Below, in pieces: positions 29,242 through 43,102 of a stretch of 64,000 nucleotides of DNA. A model generated the notes under the pieces. That model was given only the letters and a program-made list of their open reading frames with translations. It had not been told where the DNA came from and made no database searches. The stretch lies in assembly GCA_964016885.1 (NCBI GenBank), contig OZ024761.1:22568001-22632000 (forward strand), in the 5' to 3' direction. Each line of letters opens with the position of its first letter. Within the stretch, counting starts at the first letter, position 1. The stretch is from Eledone cirrhosa. Its lineage: Eukaryota. The position numbers were made by a program, and so were the translations under genes.

Positions 29242-29525
29242 TAATAAATGGAAACTATATTTATAAAACCATAATTATTTTATTATATATATTTCAAGGG
29301 CGACCAAGCCAATCTTGGTGCGCTTTCATCAGATAAAATACAAAATTTGTTTTATAAATAATAACATAACCATAGAAAACAACCTTGACGGTTGAAAATT
29401 CGCTGGATAGTCAAATTTTGTATTTTATCTGATGAAAGCGCACCAAGATTGGCTTGGTTGCCCTTGAAATATATATAATAAAATAATTATGGTTTTATAA
29501 ATATAGTTTCCATTTATTAATATAT
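29236..29525. mobile_element. Inverted pair of family A hammerhead-bearing Penelope-like termini
   Basis: Arms of ~110 bp with cores at 29292-29332 (-) and 29429-29469 (+), embedded in (TA)n. Single copies at 42264-42304 (-) and 51141-51181 (+). Confidence 0.72.
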
Positions 29526-29600
29526 TGTGTATTTACTCCAGTAATCAGTTATAAACTTTTAAGTTTGTTGGAATCCCAACAAATTAAATATAACTTCTAC

Positions 29601-29636
<36 letters not shown>

Positions 29637-29645
29637 TTTTTTTTT

Positions 29646-29830
29646 TAGAAAGTGAACAACACAATATATAACTACTCCATTACCAAAGGTTTCAGGACCC
29701 CAGACAATTTTAAATCTCATTTCATATTTTCTACTCTGTCTGCTGAATGATCCAGACGTATATTATTATTGTCTGGGATCCAGAAACCTTTGGTAATGGA
29801 GTAGTTATATTTTGTGTTGTTTACTTTCTA
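29646..29830 (+). mobile_element. Inverted-repeat element with degenerate hammerhead, family I
   Basis: CTACTCTGT-CTGcTGA...GAAACC-ttt-GGTA-ATGGAGTAG at 29731-29804, with ~60-bp inverted arms. Confidence 0.5.
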
Positions 29831-30142
29831 ATTAAATAGCTCTGTTCTATATATAGAGCACTCTTTTTTCCTTTGCTTTTTCTTTGGAATTACCTAACAC
29901 ACACACGCACAGAGGAAGTTATAGTTCACTTGAAGCATTGTGTAATGAGGTATAAACGTTTGTATTTGTAAAGCCAAAACAATGCAGGTATGGACATAGA
30001 ATATAAATGCAAATGCAAAAGATATTGTTGACAATTAGTCTTTTACCTTAGATTTATTTAAATGTCCTTAATTTTCGAGATAATATCTCTTCTTCGGAGG
30101 GAAGTAAAGCGGTTAAACCAGTGTTCTAAATAGCTTGCCAGG

Positions 30143-30189
<47 letters not shown>

Positions 30190-30196
<7 letters not shown>

Positions 30197-30395
30197 CGAA
30201 GGAAATGTGGTAAGGAACCAGATGGACCATAACGCACCAAATTACTCAATACTTAGGGTAGTAGAGTGGGTAATAGGAACGAGTAGGACCCCGACGGCTG
30301 AGCTCAAGCCGTTTCGACGGCTAATTCTGAACTAGTCCAGAATTAGTCGTCGAAACGGCTTGAGCTCAGCCGTCGGGGTCCTACTCGTTCCTATA
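30190..30395. mobile_element. Family F palindromic element carrying the 3' half of a hammerhead
   Basis: GAAACGGCT..AGCCGTC-GGGGTCC on both arms; the CTGANGA box is absent. Relatives at 21106-21300, 51545-51590, 54705-54750 and 55475-55625, all abutting (TA)n. Confidence 0.55.
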
Positions 30396-31474
30396 TATAT
30401 ATAGAGAGAGAGAGAGAATAAGGAAATACAAAGTTTAGATGATAAAGTCCTTTATTGCTAAGGCTGTGATACATATTTTGAAGACGACATTGGTTACGCA
30501 ATACAGTGTAGAAGCCAGCGCCATAATAAAGTTACAATGAAGGAGGTAATCCAAAATTGAAGTGACAAGGGAGCAGACAAACAGCGATGTTCGTTAAATG
30601 AATACATGTTGAGTTCTTGAATTAAATTACATCAGTGTTTTTACAATATATATATATATGTGTATATATCATGAATATGTGACCTTAGGTTTTGAGGTCC
30701 AGTTATGGCCACCACTGTCAAGTGGTGAAACTGTTGTAATACTAGACTCTCATCAGGTGCTAGGACAAGATTACAAAAACTCACGGAAAATGGAGTTATT
30801 CCATAGAGAGCTCTTTTTCAAGATCAAGGGAGGCAACTCTCAAGATTTGAATGCTGGGGGTTAGGATCTTTGAAATGTATGTATTTTGTGAGCTAACATT
30901 TTTTTTTTTTTTTTTTTTTTCGTAATTTTAAATAATTGTTTCTACTTTTGGCACAGGCCAGCAATTACCCCAGTGTATTACTGGTACTTTATCTTATCGA
31001 CCCCGTAAGGATGAAAGGCAAAGTCAACCTCGGAGGGATTTGAACTCAGATCGTAAAGGGACATAACTATGCTGGAAAACATGGCGTCCGACCCTCCACC
31101 GATACTGCCAATCCACCGCCCTACCATGGTGTCCGACCCTCTACCGACCCTGCCAATCCACCGCCAATTTAAGTAAATAATACACTCCAAAAACAAAGCT
31201 AACAATAAATCAAACATCTGGTGGATAACACCTTCGGATACCGTCATTAAATAAAGCTAATTAACAAACTAAATGTCTATACTAGATCCAAGACATCCTC
31301 TGGTTCTTCTCCACAGTTTTGTATCTTAACCCCCGGGCTGGTTTCAGGGGTTTCCCCCCCGGGCTAGTTTCAGGGGTTTTGTATTAAAAAGTTTAGCAAT
31401 TTAATTTTCATTGTTGTTGTCGATTTTTGTATTGTTTATGGAGTTGTTTTATTGTTTTTTGTTGTTTGTTTCAG

Positions 31475-32238
31475 TGAACGCCCATAAAGGAAGTGAATTG
31501 AAGGGTTCCGACGGCACAAACCCGTGGGCAACGACAAACAATTGGTCCACGCCACCATCGTCTGCTGCACCGACTGCATCTACGAACCCATTCCTTGCTA
31601 CGAACCCCGCTGTGAACGGCGTGCCTTTTGCTGCCAACGACAGACTACCAAGCAGTGGCAGTGGCCACCTAACCCGCGCCCCGCAGTTGGCACACCTGCG
31701 CAGCCATTCCATAGACACATGCGAACTACTAACCAATGGTCGACAGTCAAACCGCAAGCCAACGCTTCACGAGTTGGCGAACCAACAGCGCAGTTTTCAG
31801 CACCACAGCACCGGCAGCAGCAATAACAACAACAACAACAACAGCAACAACAACAACAACAACAACAACGGCTGGGGTCCAAGCATGGACGCCGCCACCG
31901 CCAGCAATAAAACAACAGTAAGGGCAGCAGCAAGTGGTGGTGGTGGTGGTGGTGGTGGTGGTGGTGTTGCACCTTCAACACAGCTCCACCCGCCATCATC
32001 AGGCAAAGCTTCGGCTGCTGTTACTGCTGTCAGCAGTGGTGGTGGTGGGAGTGGTAACAGCAGGCTGACAGCGATGTCAACGTCTAACAGAAGCTCACAT
32101 GATTCCTCATCCTCTTCTTCGCCGCACATAGACCCGTTTGACGTGGCCTGGGCTGCTAAGGCGGCTAGTCTACAAACCAACCCTTTTCAAGGCCCTCACC
32201 AGCCTGACAAAGAAAAGACTTTCCAAGTACAATTATAG
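31475..32238 (+). CDS. numb: Numb terminal coding exon with DPF/NPF motifs
   Basis: tttcAG acceptor, phase 1. Ends DPFDVAWAAK...TNPFQ...KTFQVQL-TAG, a typical Numb C-terminus. Contains poly-Asn and poly-Gly tracts. Confidence 0.93.
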
Positions 32239-33310
32239 AGAAATAGTTTGAAATTTATTTACCCACCCCGAACCCTCATCCAACCCCACTCCCCCACCAC
32301 CTCCCTTTCTCCCCCGCCCCCCACACCCCATATTTTTATTTTTCAACTTTTTCCGAAAAAAAAATTTTTTTCTTTTTCGTTTTTATTCGGAAAATGATTT
32401 TTTTTTTTTTAAATTTATATATATATATTTTGTTTTTTTTTTTTAAAAAACCAGGTGGGTAAAAAAGAAAAAAATTAAGAAAAAGAAAATCAAATAATTT
32501 TAAAAATATTACACAAGAAAGAAAGAAAGAAGGAAAGAAGCTACTGTTGAGTGAAGAACAGTTTTAACTATTGCTACTCCCCCTCCTCTCTTGTTTGTCT
32601 CTCCCCCCTCCTCTCTTGTTTGTCTTTTATATCTCCCTCCTCTCTGTTTTCTTTGCTGACCCTACTACTACTATCCAGTTCTTAGCCCACTTCTCTCCTC
32701 CCACACTCCTCCCCATCTATTCCTAACTCCTCTCCCCTACTCTCCTCTCATATATTCCCACCACTATTACTACTCTCCTCCCACTACACTCCTCCCATCA
32801 ATTCTTAGCTCCTCCCCCAACTACCCTCTCATATATTCCTAGCCCCCCCCCCCCCCCTACCCTCCTCCCATCTATTTCCTTTGTCTTTCTCTGCCCTCCC
32901 CCTTTCTCTATCTCTCTTACTCTTTTTCATTTTCTTCACACAAATCCAAATCATGTACAAAATAATAATAATAATAATAATAACAACAATAACAATAATA
33001 ATAATAATAATAAAATTATATATAGAAATAAAAATCAATTCTCCATGTTAAACACACAACGGACACAATGTATATGTATGAAATATATATATATGAAATT
33101 CTTGTCTGTTCTCTTTCCTATCTCTCTCCCTCTCTCTCTCTCCCTCTCTCTCTCTCTCTGATAGAGAAAGACAGGGGAGGGGATTGTTGTATAAATTGAT
33201 TCCTTCTCCATTCTGTTTTCTGTCTTCATTTTTAATCATTGATCTTTCCTCCATTGGACCAGTGACTGGTTTAAATATATCTATATATGTATAGGTATGT
33301 ATCTAGCTAT

Positions 33311-33690
33311 CTAGGGCGGGTAAAATTCCCGAGATCCATGGACCAGTTCTCTCCAGCGGTCTCTGTCCCTCATCATCGCTGTCATGTCCTGCGTCTCCAA
33401 CAGACCAGTGTCTGTCCTTAGGACATCAACATACGTTAACCTTGGTCTTCCCCTTCCAGTGTGTCCATGCAGGGACTCCCACAGGAGCACTGAGTGCAGT
33501 GTCAACTCTGGATGTCGGTGAGGATATCCAGCTAACCTCACTCTCCTCTGTGTCACTTTTGTGCTGACTTTTGGGAGGCTCCCATACAGCTCTGAGGTTT
33601 TCATCCTCAGTGTATACTGATTAATGTTCAGAGCCATCCTCAGCATTCTCGTGTAGCACCCATCCACCATCTGAGTGAGTTTCTTGGTGT
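33311..33690 (-). mobile_element. RTE-type LINE 3' end fragment
   Basis: DGCYTRMLRMALNI...RRVRLAGY..RH...LLW...GRGRPRLTYVDVL...DRDRW. Confidence 0.8.
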
Positions 33691-33794
33691 CATATATATA
33701 TATATGTATGTAAAAGGTAAACAGAAATAACAACACAATCGGTACAGTATATGGAAGGGATATATTAGTTTAATGCTTGAAATAGCAGGAAGAG

Positions 33795-33838
33795 GGTCTT
33801 AACGTTTCGGACGCTAGTCCTTCATCAGAAGAAAGAAT
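33795..33838 (-). ncRNA. Minimal hammerhead motif, family E; second copy + strand 20933-20972
   Basis: Minus strand reads TCTT-CTGATGA-aGGAC-tagc-GTCC-GAAACGTT-AAGA. The copy at 20939 has GTGATGA; a truncated copy lies at ~34985-35003. Confidence 0.72.
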
Positions 33839-34252
33839 GAGAAATAAGATAGATTGAGGGGACGGGTGGGGTGGAATAGGAAAAAATGTTTTTAGAGAAA
33901 ACTAACAGGTCCATTCATGTTGACATCTCTTGGAAAGCTGTTAATGCTGGAGTTTTGTGTATGATTTATTTTTTTAGAAAAGTGGAAGATAGAGAGTGTC
34001 TGCTTGAAATGGAAGAAAAACCATTTTGTAAAAAGAGCTATACTTGTGCATGTGCATATGCATGTGTGTGTCTGTGTGATATATATATATATCTTGGGTT
34101 CAATCGGGTTAATCACAGGAAGTAAGGTACTCAATACATAGCAGAGTATAAATATTTAATATAGAAATGGCTTCTACAGGACTAGAACTGTTTCATTCGA
34201 AGGAAAGCTGATGATTTCCTTTGAATGAAACAGTTCTAGTCCTGTAGAAGCC

Positions 34253-34307
<55 letters not shown>

Positions 34308-34761
34308 ATTTATTGATATAATAAACAACAGAATATAATTATTCCATTACTCAAGGTTTCATGGAATTAGAGGCAGTCTTAACAAAAACGTCCAGTTCAC
34401 TCATCTGATGAAATATTTGTTAAGGATATAAGATTTAAAATTAAAAGCTATTAAAAATGAAAGTGAGGCTGAATTAAAATAATGGAAAGGAAAAAATACA
34501 TATTCATAAATGCACATATACATAAAATTAAAATTAAAATATGCATATATAAACAACAGAAGAGCAGGCTTGAAATAATCTTTCAAATATTTAACTATGT
34601 AACTCCGTTCCTGCACCAACCATGAGATACCATATCTACAATGGATGATTTACATGATGTTGAGTGCTTAAACTTATTACATCATGATTTACCAACCAAA
34701 ATGACCAGAGCTATGTCTGATTGATGCTCTGAACTGAGGTTTATGTAGCTTTTTATTGGGA

Positions 34762-34800
<39 letters not shown>

Positions 34801-35419
34801 GTGACAAATGGAGAGATGCTGTGCTGAAAAGGACCCGTCCCACCCTTGCAAGCAAGGAAAAGCAGACGTAAAATGGTGTTAATGATATATGAATCTATGT
34901 AAAAGGTAAACGGAAATAACAAAACAAAGAGCATGGTACATGAAAGAAGTATATTAGTTTAACGCTTGAAATAGCAGGAAGTGAGTCTTAACGTTTCGGA
35001 CAGAAGACAGAGTTAGAAATAGAAGATAAATAAAAAGTAAAGAGTGAGAAGAGGAAAATGAGAAATAAAAAACACATGCATATTCCAATGGCCATCTTGG
35101 AGAGTGATATAGATAGATATATATATATATCAGGATGGATTCAGTTTGAAACTGGTTAGACCATTACTCAACAGAGCACTCAATACTTGGGATAGTAGAG
35201 TATTGTTATATTATTAAGAGTTTGAGTCATGACCCATTTATTTCATGACTACTTTATTTTATCGACCCCGTAAGGATGAAAGGCAAAGTTAACCTCGGCA
35301 GAATTTTATTTCATTTTATTTTAATTTAATTTTATTGTATTTTAATCTAATCTAATTTAGTTTAAGCACAGATTAAAAGTTTAAGCAAACAATATTATGC
35401 TTTCTGTTGTAATAATAAA

Positions 35420-36116
35420 TATTTGCTCTATTTGAAACATTGTGATGGAGATGTCTGCAAAGTGGCAAACTGTCAAAATTCACACGTGATAGCATACAAC
35501 CCCTCCCAAGTTCCTTCAGCTATGCATAGTAAGAATCCGGCTTCCATTATGGTCTTTGGAACTGTTGCAAGTGATGGGAAATTGATGCCTCCTCATCCTA
35601 TTGAAGTGGGTCTTAAAATCAACACAGCAGAGTATCTCAAAATCTGAGAAGTTGTTTTTGCTTTGGATTAGGAAGCATTACGATGCAAGTCAAGTGATGT
35701 TTGTACAGGACTCCAAGCCTACCTGCCCCAGTCTTCAAAGGGAGTGCAAGAAGGTTTGAAGAAGGAATTGCCGATGTTTGTCCCTAAAGATACCTGATCC
35801 TCTAGCTTGCCAGATTTGAATCAGTGTGACTTTTTACTAAGTGGCACAGTTGAAGCAATATCCAATACAACTTCTCACAACTGAAGGTGAAGCAAGCATT
35901 TGATAAAATGATAAAGGAAAAAATAATGAAGGTCGCATCATTTCGTAAATGGATTGAACTGGTAAAGAAAGCAAATGGCGGTCATATTGAACTGAGATAA
36001 GTGATAAACACTCTACAATAAACTGGCATAAACATAAAATTAGCAGTGTTTGATTTTTCCGAGTTATAACCATAGTAAAAATATTTAAATGGTCCCAATT
36101 TACCTGTTACACCCTG
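35420..36116 (+). mobile_element. Tc1/mariner-superfamily transposase remnant with right terminus
   Basis: KNPASIMVFGTVASDGK...GLKINTAEYL, a QD motif and a disrupted *SSSLPDLNQCDF. Ends CACCCTG followed by TA. Confidence 0.75.
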
Positions 36117-37246
36117 TATACTATAAATTTTATGTACAAGTAATTGGTGTCGATTTAATCGGCTTTCCTCTCCCTCAAAATAATAAAAATCATTATTTAA
36201 AATTGTGCCCTGCATTTGTAATGACATTTTCATCCTTTAAAACCTCTACAAATAATACTTTAGTTAATCTGACAACTTTCGGAATAATTTTTGCACCCGT
36301 TTTCGCGATTAAGTAAAGACAGAGTTATCGTTCGTAAGATTTCCGTTCAGAAAATTTTAAGGAACTGATGTCGCTAAATCGTCAACTTATTTACCTGCAC
36401 TGTTGCATCATGGGAGAAGTTAGGGTTAAATTTTATTTTTTTAAGGAAGGCAAGTTTTTAAATTTATTCCCCCGACAACGTGTTTGGTGCTTGATATAAG
36501 TAAATAAATAAAACAATTAATTCCACCCAACACCTCCCTGTAATCTCAACATCAAATTACCGTGGGGGTGAGAGGGGTTAAGGTAAAGCAAGGTCATATG
36601 GAATCGCTACATCGGTGTCCTAATTACTATGGCACCGCTAGGTTTTCAAGGGGCTTTAGCTTTTTATATGTCTTAGAAACGTAGCTAATGAATTTAAAGC
36701 CACTCGCAGACATTCTCCTGCCTCTCATCACAGATATATCTTCTATACCCCCTTTTAAAACAAGGAAAAGGTACATTCAACGATGTAGTTGTGGGTACCG
36801 AGATACTCAAACTACATGGTTGTAGTGCACCTGAGCACTGTACACAATATTTTCATTATTATTATTATTATTATGGTCACTGCAGGAATTCCATTGATTA
36901 CACACATGTAGGGTCATCTTGTCTTGCTCGTTCAAAAATGTCTCTACGTGTTCGCTCCACTTGCTAGAAAGAGCAGCTAAATTTCCTAAGAATTACGAAG
37001 GTGAATTAGCTGTGACACATGTAAATACAATCTTTTATTTTTTATCTGTGAAGGAAGAGATTAACAATAGTTTTACGTTTGATTACATCTAGGTCTTAGT
37101 ATATGTAAATATATGTCGTAGTCGCTCAGGTCTGGTCTGAATATAAGTATATAACAGCTACCTTACACATATATACATGTATGTATATATATATATGTGC
37201 GTGTGCGTGCATATATATATATATAAATGAAAATATAGAAATTATT

Positions 37247-37284
<38 letters not shown>

Positions 37285-37879
37285 ATGCGAAATGTTTACA
37301 CGGTGAACATGATTAAGTTATACACTGGTCTTTAAAACAATGCTGTCTGGGCAAAAGAACAGTTCCCACAGCCTAAATAGGTCCTCTGAGAACCGACTTA
37401 GGTATATTCTAGCGTTGATCAACATCTGTATATATGACTATCTAAAACTACATCTTCGAATGTGTCCTTCATTGTTTTAAAACGTGGCGACCGATAAATA
37501 TTTGGCTGCTATTTCTAGCAGTTTAAACGATAATTCTAATGTCACTTTTGTATGCAGTAGTAAGTAGTATATTCTCTTCAAAATCATTCTTATTTGTGCA
37601 ATAATCGTTGTTGGGGCATGTTTAAGAAGTCAGTCCCAGTCTGGCCTGACCCAGCGGAAGTACGATAGTTGGCTGACTATGAAGGACTGATGCTAGAGCT
37701 GTGAAATCTTGCATGCATTAATTTCAACTCTTCTTATAAACAAATGCATTGTTTCTTTCCAAGTAAACTGACATCTGACTGTTCAAAGAAGACTTCAAAT
37801 GTAAGTAATTGTGACTTCTCTTAAAAATTGACAAAATTTGGCATCGTGGTGTTATCAAGTACCTGCTGAAATGTTGAAA

Positions 37880-38900
37880 GCATCTGGATTGGTGGGACAC
37901 ACTTTGGTCACCCGGATAGTAAACCAAGTCATACAGAATGGGGTCATACCAAATGACTGACGTAGCAGCATCATCATTAATTGCTACAAGGATAAAGGAG
38001 ATGCCCTAGATAGGGGAAACTATAGAGGCATTAAATTAATTGACCAAGTCATGACGGTCACAGAAAAAGTTATAGTGCAACTAATCAGAGAGCGAATTGA
38101 TCTAGCTGAAATGCAGTTTGGGTTTGTGTCAGGTAAAAGTACCACAGATGCTCTTTTCCTTGTACAACAACTACAGGAGAAGTACCTAGCTAAAAGTAAA
38201 CACCTATACTTAGCTTTTGTTGACTTGGAGAAAGCCTTTGACAGAGTCCCCCACTCCATTATCTGGTGGGCTCTTAGAAAACTAGGTGTTGATGAATGGC
38301 TTGTGAGAGCTATACAAGCCATGTATAAAGAAACAGTCAGCAAGGTTAGAATTAACAACGAATATAGTGAAGAATTTAGCGTAAAAGTTGGTGTTCATCA
38401 GCGCTCTGTCCTGAGCCCCCTCCTATTTATTATTTCCCTTCATGTTATAACAAAGCAGTTCAAGACCGGCTGCCCATGGGAACTCCTATATGCAGATGAT
38501 CTAACTCTCATAGCTGAATTGATGGCTGAACTAGAGAAGAAATTCCAAACATGGAAGCATGGCCTAGAATCAAAAGGCCTTAAAGTTAACTTGTCTAAGA
38601 CTAAAGTTCTAGTATGTAGGAAGGAAAATAGGGCACTGGTCCCATCTGGGAAATGGCCATGCTCAGTGTGTAGGAAAGGAGTAGGCAGAAACTCCATTTT
38701 ATGTCCTAAATGCAAAGTATGGGTGCATAAAAGATGTAGTGTAGTGGGATCACAGGTAAGCTAACTAAGAATATAGATTTTATATGTGGCCGGTGCTCAG
38801 GTGCAATAAGTAGCAGCAAGTGCCCACAGGATACTAGCCCATTCCATTGCACAGATGGTTCTATAGAAATAGTGGACACCTTCCGTTACCTGGGTGACGT
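37880..38900 (+). mobile_element. Non-LTR retrotransposon (RTE-like) reverse transcriptase fragment, disrupted
   Basis: QFGF..GKSTTDA, AFVDLEKAFDRV, GVHQRSVLSPLLF and LLYADD motifs, followed by a Cys-rich CSVC...CPKC..WVHKRC segment. In-frame stop upstream and frameshift downstream. Confidence 0.92.
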
Positions 38901-41531
38901 TATCATATCAACATATGTTATCCTCAGTCTTCCTATGTGTCACTGGAAGTACCTGCCTACCAGAGAAGCATTATATATTAAAATAGAAAAATTAGAGCTG
39001 TTTCTCATTTAATATATATACATAGTAATAATAATAAATGTGAAGACCAAAATCCGAAGAGGGCTCGCTAAGGATAAAATATATATCAAATATATAAAAC
39101 CATAGAGCAAATATTTATTAAAATAACAGATTAAAGTTTAAGCAAAGAATCGCTGCTTTCACCCTTAACGGGATCTTCTGAATATCCCATTAAGGGTGAA
39201 AGCAGCGATTCTTTGCTTAAACTTTAATCTGTTATTTTAATAAATATATATATATATATCCTGTTGTTATTGTTATAATCAAATGGTTAGTATCATCATC
39301 ATCATCATCATCATCATTTTACGTCCACTTTTCCCCTGCTTGCAAGGGTGGGACGGGAACTGATTCTGGCTTGATTACAACAGCTGGATGCCCTTCCTAA
39401 CACCAACCTCATTTACAGTGAGTGCTGGGTGCTTTTTTGCCGTGGCACCTCCACAACCACTTTGCAGTGGAATGATAGGGACCCCAGTCCCTATCATCTC
39501 ATTTCTACAGCTGAGTAAACTGGAGCAATGTGAAATAAAGTGACTTGCTCAAGGAAACAACACATCACCCGATCTGAAAATTGAACTCACAACCTTTCGA
39601 TTGCAAGGCCAATGCTCTAACCACTAAGCCATGTGCCTCCATAGTATATGTTAATATATTCTTTTTATTGATTTATATTCACCATTCCTGCCGTAGGTAA
39701 AATGTTCCTCACTCTGGTGGTTTTTAATCCATTATGATCATTAAAGCTTTTTCTCATTTATAAAGTTGTTGTTGTATCATCAGTCTGAGGAGCAGATTGA
39801 TAATGTAGTCGTGTCCATAACTTCTATTAGTGACTTTGAGCCAATCCTCTGTGAAACACATGTAACAGGTTTATACACAATAAAACACTAAATACATGTA
39901 AATGAAACTTCATTTTTATTAATATGCCTCTGGATAGAGTGTTTTGATATCAGCAGCAGTAATTTACTGAATCACCTACCCTATACAGTATATATATATA
40001 TATATATATATATAGGTAAGTTATTCCGGTTGAATCGGAGGTAACCACAGTAATCGGAGGCAACTCAATACATAGCAGAGTATAAAAGTTTTAATATAGA
40101 TGCGATTCTACAGGACTAGAACTGTTTCATTCTTTAGAAATCAAGAGGAATCTGGCTGTCCAAAATAAATGTTGTGGTATTTATATCTTTTCAGGTGGTA
40201 GGAGAGGGTGGGGAGTGGGATGGGTGGAGGTCATTGGTAGAAAGAAAAGGGAATTCTTTAAAAGCTAATTCTTTAAGGGTATAATTTATATTTAGTGCGA
40301 CAAAGGCAGAAAGAATTCTATAAACAAGTTCAAATTGGGGTGCCACTCTTTATTTTTAAGTTTCTCTTAAGCTAACAATGCCTATATTTCAGGTGTCTAT
40401 AAGATGGTTGGGGGTCGGTCATGGTTGATGGATTTAAAGAAACGGGAAATTCTTTAAAAGCTAATTCTTTAAAGCTCTACTTAGAGTGACAAAGGCCAAG
40501 AGAATTCTATAAACCAGTTCAAATATTGGGTACCTATCATTATTGTCATGTTTCTCTTAAGCTATATTTCACCCATCCCACTCCCCACCCTCTCCTACCA
40601 CCTGAAAAGATATAAATACCACAACATTTATTTTGGACAGCCAGATTCCTGATCATTTCTAAAGAATGAAACAGTTCTAGTCCTGTAGAATCTCATCTAT
40701 ATTAAAAATATATATATATACACTGTTGTTGACCTTTCATGGTAGCACCTATACAATAGTTAGAACTCAATGTAATCCGTTAGCAAGTAGTTCAGAGAGA
40801 TCCAGTAATAGTATACAGTTCAGTAACTGCTATAGATCAGTCAATATATCGATATGATCAACCCAACCCTCCGAAACGATCGTAAAACAATGAATGAGGT
40901 ATGTAAAATAACTTGCCTTTGTTATCATTGTTAACTAAAATAATATGTAATATATATATACACACGGCCATTCTCCGTCAATGTTTCCATCTCCAAAATT
41001 TACTAAATCGCCTATATAAAATAAGTTTAATTAAATTTAAAAAATACATGCTGGGGCTCTCATTAAACTTTTACAGTCTTTTTCAAAGAGATATAAAAGG
41101 AAATAGAAAAAGATTAATAGGACACCTTACATGTATCTCCCACACAAGGACAACCTACAAACCAGGATCTCACCATCTCTAGTACTTCCCACTAGGCTAC
41201 CAAGACACCTACAGAAATCTACTGAAAATTCATCATTATAAACCTACTTTCAAAATAAAATAAAATTAATTAAATTATTGGCCCTAGGTGATACTAGCTG
41301 GCCGTAGGAAATCCATTACTTTGATCAGGGTTTGGCTGGCCATAGTTTATGCTGTTAAACTGCTCCAATCACCCTCTCACCTGGCACTGACTCTGGTTTA
41401 ACTGGCTGTAGAGGATCCTACGTGATGTTTACGTCCTTAAACTGCTCCAATCACCCTCTCACCTGGCACTGACTCTGGTTTAACTGGCTGTAGAATATCC
41501 TATGAAATGTACATGCCCTTAAAATTATTGT

Positions 41532-41568
<37 letters not shown>

Positions 41569-43066
41569 CTTCTCCCTGTTGTTTATTAAACTCTAGCTGC
41601 TGTTTGTACCATGACACAGATTTAAGTTACCGGGGTGTTAGTTGAAGCTGGGGTAAACTGATTAAGTTATACCGGTAACTTAATCAGTGTTACACCGGTA
41701 TTTCTCTCACAAATTATTTGACATTCGTTCATAACAGGTAACTTTTCTTTATGCCGTCTGTGTTGGGGTCTAACTGTAGTTTAGCTTGCTAGGGGTCATA
41801 GAACTCGTTGTTAATATCTTTATTGTTATATATATACACACAATATATACACACCTTAATATAAAAGAGAGATATCTTGTTGTGCATCACACATAAACAA
41901 AAGCTGACAATAAAGTGTAAATACAGCAATGAAATAAAGGTTTATTACACAGGAATGTTTATTGATACTCATTTTATAACATCAAAGAAGAACACCCCGG
42001 GTATGTTAACCAAGCTGACTTCTATTTCTAGCAAGTGGGAGACCACCACAAGGGATTCTCTCTGCGTTCGCTGTCAACGATGACCGCAGCCAGCGTCTCT
42101 CTTAAATGGAACGCTGGATTACACACACACATACATAAATACACATACATACATACATAAATACACATACACTTACACACGTACATTTATATATATATAT
42201 ATATACGATATATTAACAAATGGAAACTATATTTATAAAACCATATTTATTTCATTATACATATTTCAAGGACACCAAAGCAAATTAGGGTGCGCTTTCA
42301 TCAGATAAAATATAATATAGATCAGTTTTATAAACAAATATTGACATACCCTTAAAGAATGCGACCATGTCGGTTGGAAGCTCCCTATATATTGTATTTT
42401 CACTTCAAAAATTTGTTGAGTGCTTTATATCAGTTATAAAAATATTTGCTTGTTGTATCCCAACAAATTAAATATAACTTCTACAGATATATATATATTT
42501 ATATATATGGTGGCTGCCAACTCGTTTTCGAGTACGGCCACTACTTTATATCCATGTAGGAGAACCCTTACCGATGCGCTGAACGAGTGTGACTTTTTAC
42601 TCCAGCCAGCGACTTGAAAACTCTGGTACAAACACTACACCTGTGACAATTATTGACACATAGTGCTGGGCCCATGGTACCATGTGATGACAAGTGCAGA
42701 GAGATCTCCAGATATAAAGCAATGCCTGTGCCGTGAAGCTTTTATAGTGAACAAAGGCACTGCACAAAGCCAGTCCCACTCTCTTAACCAAGATGATATT
42801 TACCAAAAAGAAGAACAAGTCAACATCATTGGATACCATCAGGGTTGCAGGTGTTATATCAGAGTTTCCCTTCTCCTAGAATTCTGCCTTGACAAAGGCT
42901 AAGGGGTCATCTCTCCCGGTGATTTTGGATGGCCATTGACTCTTAAGAGCTCCTTTGTCCTTTGACAGGGTTTGTTTTTAGTCCTGCGGGATGTCCAAAG
43001 TCACCCTCCTCACCAAGAAACCTTGGTGGGGTTGCCAGTTTAGTCGCCAACGACCCGACCATGAGT

Positions 43067-43102
<36 letters not shown>

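Noticed and set aside
29910-29975. Hammerhead in family H (CTTGAAGCA...TAAACGTTTGTA)
   Set aside because: Neither CTGANGA nor GAAA is present in any of the three copies.
31598-32180. Antisense poly-His/Cys/Leu/Pro ORFs over the last numb exon
   Set aside because: Shadow frames of the (AAC)n and (GGT)n codon runs.
33027-33032. numb polyadenylation signal AATAAA
   Set aside because: The hexamer is too frequent in this AT-rich DNA to assign without 3'-end data.
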